DNA of 15,118 nt from a virus. A program made the position numbers and the translations under genes. How positions within the stretch are numbered: position 1 is the first letter of the stretch; every line of letters begins with the position of its first letter. The notes below the pieces were generated by a model, which had not been told where the DNA came from, searched no databases, and saw only the letters and a program-made list of their open reading frames with translations. Positions 1 through 7,565 of the stretch are shown one piece after another. The DNA is taken from UHGV virus genome UHGV-2163177. One strand, given 5' to 3'.

Positions 1-341
1 GTCATGGCTTCGGCAGTAATGCCAACCAAATACAAAATGTGTAACAGCATGGTTCTCTCCCTAAAAATCTGTCTGGCAGGGTAGCGATTTGTGCGTATTG
101 TCACGATTGAGATTTTTTAAGGTGAGAGGAAATTGATAACTTGTAGTTATGTGAAATCGCTATTTTCTGTAGCGTAGATGAATTCTTCTGACTTCTTGTC
201 TGAGAAAATGCATAAGAAAAAATAGGTTAAAATTGAGGGGTGGAAAAGAAAGGTGCAATGTTTAGCCATTGTGTTCACCGCACCTGGACTTTGGCTTACG
301 CATCGGGTATCTCAATCAACAAAAAGAGTTTTTAGTTTCTG

Positions 342-1166
342 CTATTTCTTCTCTGTAATTTTTACACTGTTTTCCAACTGCTTGATGCTGACCTGCGGGG
401 TCGGCAACTCCTCAGGCATGGTTCCGCCAAGTTCCTGAATGGTTTGCCTCACCTTGCTACCCACGTCAAAGTGTGTGGTATTAGCTTGCTGTTTTGAATT
501 CACGCCATCCCGCTTGAGTTTTTCTTCTGTTTGGGTAGCTCGAAAGAGATTAGCCGCCAGTTCTGTTGAACCCATATGATCCAGGATCTTCTGACTCTTT
601 TTCAGCCCCTTCCGCTGATGGATGGCTTTCTGATCTAATCCACCATACAGCCCCCGGTAACCATGATTCTGAAATATGGCGAAATCGATAGCTGTCGCTA
701 CCCCAGCTTGCTGCGCTGCCTCAACCAATTGTTTGTTATGTTCTTTCAATTCATTTCTCAGAAAAAGACGCTTTTCGTCTTCACGAAGTTGCCTGAAAGC
801 TTCATCGTCAGCCAGCTCCTGCCGTCGGGTCTGGATAGCAAAATAAGTTTGCCCTGCCGCAATAACCGGTTTCGCAGGGTCGCCGTTTTGTACTACCAGG
901 TAACAGGCATAGCGGGAGAGATGAACATCTTCAAGTTCTCGTTGAGCCCCTGAACCTAATACAACCATTTTGGTGGTTTCAACGAAATGGTCAGATGCAG
1001 CTTGATTGCTGGCTTCGCACGCTTGAGTCGCGCGGGCCAGTACCTTTTGAAAATTGCGCCAGTCCCGATAATCCAGTAACGGTGCCAATTCTCTAGCTGA
1101 CCAAAATTCTTGCCCTTCAGTGCCATAATGCCGTATTTCTTCAAAAGGTTGATGATGTTCGTTCAT
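342..1166 (-). CDS. dinD: DNA damage-inducible protein D (BRO-N/DinD family), 274 aa
   Basis: ORF 342..1178; start placed at internal Met (MNEHHQ...) with GGAGTG SD 5-6 nt upstream. Perfect LexA box just upstream and position next to yicC match the known yicC-dinD arrangement. Protein recognised from memory, not searched. Confidence 0.8.
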   Translation of the reverse strand: MNEHHQPFEEIRHYGTEGQEFWSARELAPLLDYRDWRNFQKVLARATQACEASNQAASDHFVETTKMVVLGSGAQRELEDVHLSRYACYLVVQNGDPAKPVIAAGQTYFAIQTRRQELADDEAFRQLREDEKRLFLRNELKEHNKQLVEAAQQAGVATAIDFAIFQNHGYRGLYGGLDQKAIHQRKGLKKSQKILDHMGSTELAANLFRATQTEEKLKRDGVNSKQQANTTHFDVGSKVRQTIQELGGTMPEELPTPQVSIKQLENSVKITEKK

Positions 1167-1211
1167 TGCCCACTCCATGTGATATCGATTGCAAAGAAAG
1201 TAAATCTGTAA

Positions 1212-1227
1212 CTGTATTTATATACAG
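1212..1227. promoter_or_regulatory. LexA operator (SOS box) CTGTATTTATATACAG in the dinD promoter
   Basis: Perfect CTGT-N8-ACAG palindrome about 45 bp upstream of the dinD start. Confidence 0.7.
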
Positions 1228-1318
1228 TTGTGAGTATCTCACGTTCTCAGTGTGCTGGGCAAAAAAACATCGCAAAATCTGGAGCAGGCACGCAAAACAG
1301 AATTGAAGTTGCGGGGAA

Positions 1319-1353
1319 GAAAAATGCCGCTCTGTTTGAGTGGGCGGCATTTG
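1319..1353 (-). terminator. Rho-independent terminator, probably the native yicC terminator now displaced to the far side of the element
   Basis: Stem aaatgccgc/gcggcattt (1322-1330 / 1345-1353) with 14-nt loop, followed on the minus strand by a U-run (plus-strand A-run 1319-1324). Confidence 0.55.
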
Positions 1354-1385
1354 TGAAGGCTGAAAAGTAAGAATTAGTGTTACGA

Positions 1386-1406
1386 GTTACTCAATATTCT
1401 GAATCT
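1386..1406. repeat. attL core: 21-bp direct repeat gttactcaatattctgaatct
   Basis: Identical 21-mer at 14954..14974; identity breaks on both sides. The core is followed by its own inverted copy (ttactcaatat 1387-1397 / atattgagtaa 1409-1419). Confidence 0.75.
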
Positions 1407-1528
1407 ATATATTGAGTAAATGCATCAATAGCCTATGGTTTATGGATTTTTAGTAATGATATTTTTCTTTGGGTTCACCCATGTGTACACCTAAATCATG
1501 AGTGCTATTGAGACCAATTAACACCTCA

Positions 1529-3517
1529 TTAGTTGTTAACTTGTACTTGTTCACAAGAAATATATCCCTGTCGTTTGTGTCTTCTCGCATGAGGAAATGC
1601 CAGTCTTATTTTTCCGGATCTTACTAATGGAACGAGCTGTTTTTCTCGTAGGTTCTGTGGTGTTCGGGCCATTAACTTTGCAATAACACTAAGCGGCATA
1701 TAATGGCCTGAGCAAAGCTTAAGTATGATTTCGTCCATGGTTTCGTTGGAAAGTCGTTTCTTTTCTCTGGCTAATGCAGATATGTCTTCTAACCGTTGCC
1801 TTAAGGTTGGTGAAAGGCACTCAAGGTTATCCACATAAGGAAAAGGTAGTTTCTCGGTTATAAAACGACCTAAAGCATCTCGTTCTTTTTCGTTATCCGT
1901 GATCAATTCTTCGTTATCCGTGATCAAATTATCGCTATCCGTGATGATTTGAGCTTCGTTTGCGAATGAGTTGTCTGTTGATAACGGATTTACACCAAAA
2001 ACTTCCTCTGGAGATGGAAGATCCTGCCCCGGTAATGTATATGATTTATTCCTCTTCTCACCATGAGGGACTAAGAATCCGCCGCTTACAAGGCGGGGTA
2101 AGGCTAAAGTTACCTCACGAGAGTGAAGGCTAGTTAGTTGACAAGCCCGTTCATGGTCAATCCACTTTTCTACGGCTGCAGTTATAACAATACTGCGCTC
2201 AAGCTCACTGAGATGGTCTACTTTGTCGCCAAATTTTGTATGGAGAAGATTGGCAATTTCTTCTGATACGAGGTTGCCAATAGATAGCTCCAAAAGTGTT
2301 TGTTCTGGTTCTGTTTTTTCATATAGCCTTGGCATACGCCAGTTAGCCCATTTCCAGCCACTAAATATTTTAGGGATCCCTGAGCCTGATCGTTCACCAG
2401 CACCAATAATTAAAAACATTTGATGCATCAGTCGGTTTCGACAATCGCTTTCATATCCTTTGATTGCTTGTTCTGGTGGCACGCGCATCAAACCTGGATT
2501 ACGGAAGCCAAATAGATCTGGTCGTTTCACAACCATGATGGAGATTCGTCCAGTATAATCGGCATGAACTAAGGTATTTACCAGCGCTTCACGCAATGCT
2601 GTGTGTATCTGAGTATCGTCCTGTCGGATACCTTCTTTAAGCTCAAAAGGGACTTTTAAGTCAGCAATTAGTTTTCGATAGGTTCGTCTGTAAAAGTCAA
2701 ACACGTTACCTGACCAAGTCCCATCGGGACATAGTCTATCTACCCATCTTCTTTCAGTTCTTGCTTCAGGGCGTTCTTGGTAATCCACAAAATAATTTGG
2801 GGCTACATCTTGTATCGCTTCCCATGTTCCAAACATGAGAATGCCAGCTAAGGTCATGCCTTCCAAACCTGTTTGCCGGTCTTTTCTATATCCCCCAATA
2901 CTTCGTAGGAAAGCAAAGTTATCTAGTTCGAGAGCTGGATGTGTCGGGTTTGAAGCAGATAGTAGATTTCTGTAAGCCAACAAGCTTTCTAGGTTAATAT
3001 CGTTCATGTCGAAGTTTTGTACGATACGGTTGTCGCGGCTTTCTTCAACCTGTTCGGCCATCATGCGACGAACTTGTTCTTCTGAACAACGATGATCACC
3101 GTCGTGCATACGAAACCATGTTTCTGACATGGGTTGATTATTCAAATAAACAGGTTTCTGTTCTCGTCGTGCGATTGGTATTTCAATGACAAGAATATCC
3201 TTTCCCTGTAAGGATACTGTTTGGACAGAGTTATTGGTAAGAAGATTAACGTTAACTTTTTTCTTGTTGCTCACGAGGTCGAAAAGCTGCTTTTTAACGG
3301 TATTTATATCTGAAATACCCGCAACGGAAAATTCCCCTTTTTTCTCTCTAATACCTAAAACCACATACCCACCACGGCAGTTTGCCATAGCACTATAGGT
3401 TGGCCAGAAATCATCAGGTAATTTACCTTGTCCGTCTTTCCCTTGAGCTAGCTTGAACTCTAGCTCTGCGGATTCCGAAAGTGCACGCAAGTCGCTAAGG
3501 TCAGATATTAGGAACAC
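1529..3517 (-). CDS. AlbA_2 (Schlafen-like) N-terminal domain plus HATPase_c_4-like ATPase domain protein, 662 aa; often mis-annotated as RecG-like helicase or transcriptional regulator
   Basis: Long ORF with GTG start 4 nt after a GGAGGA SD. N-terminal ESAELEFK motif is typical of AlbA_2; central ALREALVNTLVHADY motif is typical of HATPase_c_4. Domains read by eye. Confidence 0.75.
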   Translation of the reverse strand: MFLISDLSDLRALSESAELEFKLAQGKDGQGKLPDDFWPTYSAMANCRGGYVVLGIREKKGEFSVAGISDINTVKKQLFDLVSNKKKVNVNLLTNNSVQTVSLQGKDILVIEIPIARREQKPVYLNNQPMSETWFRMHDGDHRCSEEQVRRMMAEQVEESRDNRIVQNFDMNDINLESLLAYRNLLSASNPTHPALELDNFAFLRSIGGYRKDRQTGLEGMTLAGILMFGTWEAIQDVAPNYFVDYQERPEARTERRWVDRLCPDGTWSGNVFDFYRRTYRKLIADLKVPFELKEGIRQDDTQIHTALREALVNTLVHADYTGRISIMVVKRPDLFGFRNPGLMRVPPEQAIKGYESDCRNRLMHQMFLIIGAGERSGSGIPKIFSGWKWANWRMPRLYEKTEPEQTLLELSIGNLVSEEIANLLHTKFGDKVDHLSELERSIVITAAVEKWIDHERACQLTSLHSREVTLALPRLVSGGFLVPHGEKRNKSYTLPGQDLPSPEEVFGVNPLSTDNSFANEAQIITDSDNLITDNEELITDNEKERDALGRFITEKLPFPYVDNLECLSPTLRQRLEDISALAREKKRLSNETMDEIILKLCSGHYMPLSVIAKLMARTPQNLREKQLVPLVRSGKIRLAFPHARRHKRQGYISCEQVQVNN
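1890..1952. repeat. Three tandem copies of a 21-bp unit (tcgttatccgtgatcaa...) inside the 1529..3517 CDS, in frame
   Basis: Units at 1890-1910, 1911-1931, 1932-1952; the first 16 nt are identical in units 1 and 2. Encodes heptad-like ITDSDNL/ITDNEEL/ITDNEKE. Confidence 0.85.
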
Positions 3518-3801
3518 AGTTCCTCCATATGAAACTTATGGGTATAAATTTTTCACATTTTACTCTAGTTTAAGTGGTAGGAAAGAACATGAAAGGTTAT
3601 TAAAACGTTGATAACACTGATACCTGTACGTTTGAACAGGGTATTGAATAGTCAGTATGTTGCTCTGCTATGAAATGCTTTATTCGTTATGATCCTTATT
3701 TATCCACAATGATTTTCTAGTTGTCCGTGATGAAGGTTAGATAGGAATCACAGATAATTGGTAGGAGGGGCTATTATATCGGCATCATGCCCACCAGCTA
3801 C

Positions 3802-3824
3802 AAAAAAGCCTTGCCCGTAGGCTT
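3802..3824 (-). terminator. Rho-independent terminator downstream of the small ORF 3864..4043
   Basis: Stem aagcct/aggctt with 7-nt loop (3806-3824), followed on the minus strand by a U-run (plus-strand A-run 3802-3807). Confidence 0.5.
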
Positions 3825-3863
3825 AATGTTTGGCTTGAATATCGGCTTACTGTAACGCCTCGC

Positions 3864-4043
3864 TCACCGTCGCGGCCTGTCCGGTTTCTTCCACTGATAC
3901 GGCCTCACATCATCCTGCTGGTGGCGTTCCTGTTGCAGCACAACGGAAACAGGCGCTGAACACCTGTTAATTTTTCTTGCAGGTTGTTTGATTCCGGCAA
4001 TGCTGCGGATCATCTCCAGCAAATCGGCTTCGGTGATGGTCAT
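3864..4043 (-). CDS. Hypothetical small protein, 59 aa (MTITEADLLEMIRSIAGIKQ...), below the ORF-track length cutoff
   Basis: ATG at 4043 preceded by AAGGTG SD with 6-nt spacing; terminator hairpin about 40 nt past the stop; translated by hand. Confidence 0.45.
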   Translation of the reverse strand: MTITEADLLEMIRSIAGIKQPARKINRCSAPVSVVLQQERHQQDDVRPYQWKKPDRPRR

Positions 4044-4075
4044 GATTTACACCTTAGGAAATCTTAGGTGGCTGG

Positions 4076-4341
4076 TTGACACTTTCCAGCTTAAGACCTT
4101 AACAAACCTTAACATCGCAGGTTGACACACTTGACACTTTTTCGCGAAAAACCTTAACAAAACTTAACCACCCCTGGCATTTCTAAGCATGGCAACTTGA
4201 CACTTTTCGCGATTTTTTCGGTTTTTTGACGTGGTGAATATGGTACAAGGCCAGTAATGGCGCGGCTTCTAGCGAGGTTGACACTTTTTCGCGTTCAGAG
4301 TGTAAAGTGTCAACCTGGCAAGCTGCTCAACTTGACACTTT
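4076..4341. repeat. Iteron array: five direct copies plus one truncated and one inverted copy of TTGACAC(TTT), several extended to TTGACACTTTTTCGCG, interleaved with ACCTTAACA-type repeats
   Basis: Full copies start at 4076, 4131, 4197, 4278, 4332; truncated ttgacac at 4122; inverted copy at 4305-4315; ccttaaca repeats at 4095-4118 and 4149-4170. Lies between the small ORF and the HTH gene. Confidence 0.8.
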
Positions 4342-4347
4342 TTGATG

Positions 4348-4875
4348 TCATTGATGGTCTGATTTTTCCCATTCAGCCAGGGCGTTTAGCCCGGCTTCAC
4401 TCCATGATTCCAGTTCATCGGGATAATCACCTGCAACATAGCAGAGTTCGCAACGCAGCATACGAATTGCCAGCCTGGCATTACCTCGCAAATTGTATTT
4501 TTCAAAGTAATGCTGCCCTTCATCATCCTCAAGGCAGATAGCACCATCATCAAGAAAGTGCACTTCCCAGCCTAATTCCCCGGCTGCATACAGCACACGC
4601 TGCTGTATGTCATCGTCCGTTACTGGCGAAGGAATTTTACCGTCTCTGGCCTTAACTGCTTTCCAGAACTCGCCCCACGTCATTTCCAGCGTTCTTTCTG
4701 GCCACATTTCAGAAACGGTGTCTTTCCCTTGTGCCGGTGGGCTGTTCCGCTGCTCTGTCGCCTCCACATCAATTTTTTTGCCAGACATGATCACTTCGCC
4801 TTTCTCGATCCAGTCGTAAACTGTCTGGCGGCTTACGCCTTTGTATTTGGCGTATTCGGCTTTACTCATCAACAT
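4348..4875 (-). CDS. Putative HTH DNA-binding protein, 175 aa (N-terminal KYKGVSRQTVYDWIEKGEV helix-turn-helix)
   Basis: ORF 4348..4884; start placed at the ATG with GAGGTGA SD 5 nt upstream (the track start is a GTG three codons earlier). Confidence 0.65.
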   Translation of the reverse strand: MLMSKAEYAKYKGVSRQTVYDWIEKGEVIMSGKKIDVEATEQRNSPPAQGKDTVSEMWPERTLEMTWGEFWKAVKARDGKIPSPVTDDDIQQRVLYAAGELGWEVHFLDDGAICLEDDEGQHYFEKYNLRGNARLAIRMLRCELCYVAGDYPDELESWSEAGLNALAEWEKSDHQ

Positions 4876-4974
4876 GTAGCTCACCTCATGCGTATACGAT
4901 AAAAAATAATTTCATGCGGAAAGGGAATGCGTTGTGGGTATGGAGGAAAGGGGCAATAACCGCCCCTTACTGAT

Positions 4975-5247
4975 TCAGTTGCGCCAGGATGGCTGGCTAA
5001 GCGTGGTTTTCATTACATCATTGACGACCTGTTTTACGATTTCTGTGTTGGCAGTCGTGCTTTCAACATCAACAAAGCCATAATCGCCAATTTCCACCGT
5101 CAGGGATTCCAGTTTCTTCCCTAGAGCATCAGGCAACTCTCCACTGAACCGGTGCTGAAGATTTTCCACCAGCAACGCCCTGAATGCCTCGCTGTTCTCT
5201 TTTTTCTGCCATAGCTGGCGTTTATCCACTCTGATATTTAATTTCAC
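4975..5247 (-). CDS. Hypothetical protein, 90 aa
   Basis: GTG start overlapping the stop of the upstream gene (GTGA), preceded by AGAGGTGA SD. Confidence 0.5.
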   Translation of the reverse strand: MKLNIRVDKRQLWQKKENSEAFRALLVENLQHRFSGELPDALGKKLESLTVEIGDYGFVDVESTTANTEIVKQVVNDVMKTTLSQPSWRN

Positions 5248-5411
5248 AGTCTCACCTCTTTAAGTGCCTTATCCATCAGTTGCCGGGCGATAACATGAAT
5301 CGACGGTGCCACACCAAGCACAGATTTCTGACGCTCTTCGTCCTGGATGCGTTGCAGGGCTTCGATCTGCCTCCGGGAAAGTAAAACTGGCTTTACTCCG
5401 TGACCTTTCAT
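5244..5411 (-). CDS. Hypothetical small protein, 55 aa (MKGHGVKPVLLSRRQIEALQR...), possible small regulator
   Basis: Internal ATG of ORF 5244..5480 with GGGAG SD 7 nt upstream; the longer N-terminal extension has no SD. Confidence 0.45.
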   Translation of the reverse strand: MKGHGVKPVLLSRRQIEALQRIQDEERQKSVLGVAPSIHVIARQLMDKALKEVRL

Positions 5412-5521
5412 GATTTTTCTCCCGAATAATAACAACCACAACAATTGCACAAAATGAAATGATAGCAATAAATGTTGCAATTAATGAAACACAATAAGGC
5501 CGGGAAAAATCCCGGCCTCCG

Positions 5522-5809
5522 TCACTGACTGCAATTTTTCGATCCAGGGTATTTCCTGAATGCCTTACCATTGGGCTGATGTAATCCCATTCCGGCATGT
5601 GCCCGGCTGATGGTTTCGCGCATCTCCCCGAAATTATCCTGCCTTGCTGGTGGGCGTGCTGCCTTGTGGATACATTCCGCGCGACGTTTTGCCGCCTGTT
5701 CCCGTGCCTTGTCATCATTCGCCAGCATAATGACCTCAGCCCACCGCGCCGCCGCTCTCCGGTACAGACCACGCGCTTCCAGTGCTTCCGCTTTGCTGTC
5801 GTGAATCAT
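5522..5809 (-). CDS. PerC-family transcriptional regulator-like protein, 95 aa
   Basis: N-terminal AEALEARGLYRRAAARWAEV resembles the PerC/Pch family signature (from memory); start overlaps the stop of the upstream ProQ/FinO-like gene (ATGA). Confidence 0.55.
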   Translation of the reverse strand: MIHDSKAEALEARGLYRRAAARWAEVIMLANDDKAREQAAKRRAECIHKAARPPARQDNFGEMRETISRAHAGMGLHQPNGKAFRKYPGSKNCSQ

Positions 5810-6336
5810 GCGCTTGTTTTCTCCTTTGCTGCCCGGCGCTGACGTTTGCGCTTCTCATTCAGCGCCACCAGCCGCGTTTCTGCGTCCTGTTGTTCCTGTG
5901 GTGTCACCTCGCCGCACGGCTGGCCTTTCAGGTCGTAACGCGCCCCACCAGCAACCAGGGCGCGGTAATAGCGCGGAGACTGCGCATAAGATGCCAGCGT
6001 CGCACGTAATGCCCCTGGCCCAAATGCCAGCCCCCTGACGGCGAGATCCTGCATCAGGTCGTCGAATATCCCCACCTTAAGCGGCTTCGGTGCTTCCCGG
6101 CTGAATAAGTCAGGCCACAACTCAGTGAGGCGGTTAACGCGCCTGCGGTTTTTGCGCTGGCGTTTGGTCATATGCCGCCACGGTGTCGCCCCTGTGGGCT
6201 TCTGCTGCGCGTTCTGATTACCGGGCATCACTTTATATGCCGATGTGGTTTTATCCTGCTGTTGCGTCTCCTGTACCATTTTTGTGGCATACCGTAATTT
6301 CTGTTGATGGTCAGCTTTTCCATGTGTACTTTTCAT
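5806..6336 (-). CDS. ProQ/FinO-family RNA-binding protein, up to 176 aa (start uncertain)
   Basis: LTELWPDLF...KPLKVGIFDDL...LRATLASYAQSPRYYRAL...RYDLKGQPCGE matches the conserved ProQ/FinO N-terminal domain pattern. None of the candidate ATGs has a strong SD. Confidence 0.75.
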   Translation of the reverse strand: MKSTHGKADHQQKLRYATKMVQETQQQDKTTSAYKVMPGNQNAQQKPTGATPWRHMTKRQRKNRRRVNRLTELWPDLFSREAPKPLKVGIFDDLMQDLAVRGLAFGPGALRATLASYAQSPRYYRALVAGGARYDLKGQPCGEVTPQEQQDAETRLVALNEKRKRQRRAAKEKTSA

Positions 6337-6415
6337 CGATATTATCCGTATTATCGTCGTTCCTTTTGATGGCTTATTTCTATAGAAATTTCTTTATTGC
6401 TTATTGCCCAGATAA

Positions 6416-6742
6416 TTAACTGACTATTAGTGCTTTAATACTCAGGTACGCAGAAAGAATAACACCAATAAAAGAAGGGTACAGCAGAATCCCAAACAAA
6501 AACTTCATGTACTTATGTTTTCCTGTCACTTCGTTAATAACAGATATTATACTCAACATACATAATGCAATACTTATAGTTGCAATAAATGCAATAGTAA
6601 GCAAGATGAAATATCTTACACCTGTTTGAGAAGATAAATTTGCAATTATACCTATCATAACGAGACTCTGTATAATCCCGAAAGACAAAGCACCAGAAGA
6701 CTTTTCCACTATTTCACTAAATTTCTTCACAAAGTAAATCAT
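6416..6742 (-). CDS. Small hydrophobic membrane protein, 108 aa, about 3 predicted TM segments, AT-rich
   Basis: ATG at 6742 with AAGGTGA SD 6 nt upstream; hydrophobic stretches throughout; visibly lower GC than flanking genes. Confidence 0.6.
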   Translation of the reverse strand: MIYFVKKFSEIVEKSSGALSFGIIQSLVMIGIIANLSSQTGVRYFILLTIAFIATISIALCMLSIISVINEVTGKHKYMKFLFGILLYPSFIGVILSAYLSIKALIVS

Positions 6743-6819
6743 ATATATCACCTTTATATAACGCTATGCTAAGGTTTATTTATACGATATCCCCAAATGG
6801 TATTCCATCACCGTACGGA

Positions 6820-7038
6820 TCACTCTGCTGGCCTTTTTTGCCGCCCGGCCGCACCGTTCGCGCACTGATTACGCTGTCTGCGATAACCAGACCAGCCACG
6901 TTTCGCCGTTCCGTCATCTGCCAGGCTGCGCGGAAGGGGAACTGCCATACTCGCCATTGCCATTGGTGTTCCCTTGCTGGTGGTTTTTGAGTGCAGATCA
7001 GCCACCTGCCGCCCGTAAGCGGATATTTGTACCGTCAT
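6820..7038 (-). CDS. Hypothetical protein, 72 aa
   Basis: ATG with GGAGAG SD 9 nt upstream; same orientation as neighbours. Confidence 0.35.
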   Translation of the reverse strand: MTVQISAYGRQVADLHSKTTSKGTPMAMASMAVPLPRSLADDGTAKRGWSGYRRQRNQCANGAAGRQKRPAE

Positions 7039-7235
7039 GCTGTTTGCTCTCCGGTTTTAACGTTGATGATTGTCACCTGTTCAGCTTCGGCAATCTCCCG
7101 TTCTGTCAGCGTGGCAAAGTTTGCCGCTGCCGTTGTCATGAATGCGCTTATCAGTTCGGGATGTACTTTCGCGTATCCTTCCCCGGCGTTGCGGTCGATA
7201 ATTTTTATCGCCCCCCTCAGCCTGTGTTCTGTCAA
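7035..7235 (-). CDS. Hypothetical protein, 66 aa, start uncertain (TTG, no SD)
   Basis: ORF only; weak translation signals. Kept because the alternative plus-strand ORFs look less protein-like. Confidence 0.25.
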   Translation of the reverse strand: MTEHRLRGAIKIIDRNAGEGYAKVHPELISAFMTTAAANFATLTEREIAEAEQVTIINVKTGEQTA

Positions 7236-7324
7236 ATCAAGGGCGTGAGATTGTGTTTTTTGTGTGTTTCGTTGTCACAGCCTTTACCTCACAGCAATAA
7301 AATAAAATTTTTGCATTTTAACCC

Positions 7325-7552
7325 TTCACCTGTTCACCTTTTTCCGTTTCTCCTTTTAATTCATTGTGTTAAGGGGTGAACAGTTTCACAAAAACTATTC
7401 ACCAACTGTTCACCACTGTTCACCCTTAAAGCTCAACAAATAATCAAAAAGGTGAACAGTGAATAGTTTGATGAACAGTTCATGAATAACTGTTCACCCT
7501 ATAACCAACTGATATAGAACACATTTATTACAGGGTGAACAGTGATGAACAG
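7325..7552. repeat. P4-type 'type I' iteron array: about ten copies of TGTTCACC or close variants in both orientations; putative replication origin (ori/crr-like)
   Basis: Perfect octamers at 7331, 7407, 7417, 7491 (direct) and 7375, 7451, 7535 (inverse), plus variants tattcacc, gtgaatag, atgaacag. Immediately downstream of the helicase gene. Confidence 0.8.
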
Positions 7553-7565
7553 TTATTCCATAAGT

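Noticed and set aside
253-953. Plus-strand ORFs 253..438 and 663..953
   Set aside because: Antisense to dinD, which is supported by its LexA box, SD and recognisable protein sequence.
4076-4341. Possible CRISPR array suggested by regularly recurring repeats
   Set aside because: Repeat unit is only 10-16 bp, spacing is irregular (54-81 bp), one copy is inverted and no cas genes are present; iterons or promoter/operator repeats fit better.
5269-5772. 167-aa minus-strand ORF
   Set aside because: Alternative frame overlapping the PerC-like gene and the small gene 5244..5411; Arg/Cys-rich with no SD.
6957-7379. 140-aa plus-strand ORF (and plus-strand ORFs 6766..6990, 6991..7248)
   Set aside because: Cys/Phe-rich improbable proteins on the strand opposite to all neighbouring genes; they run into the iteron array. 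Minus-strand small ORFs were preferred, though also with low confidence.
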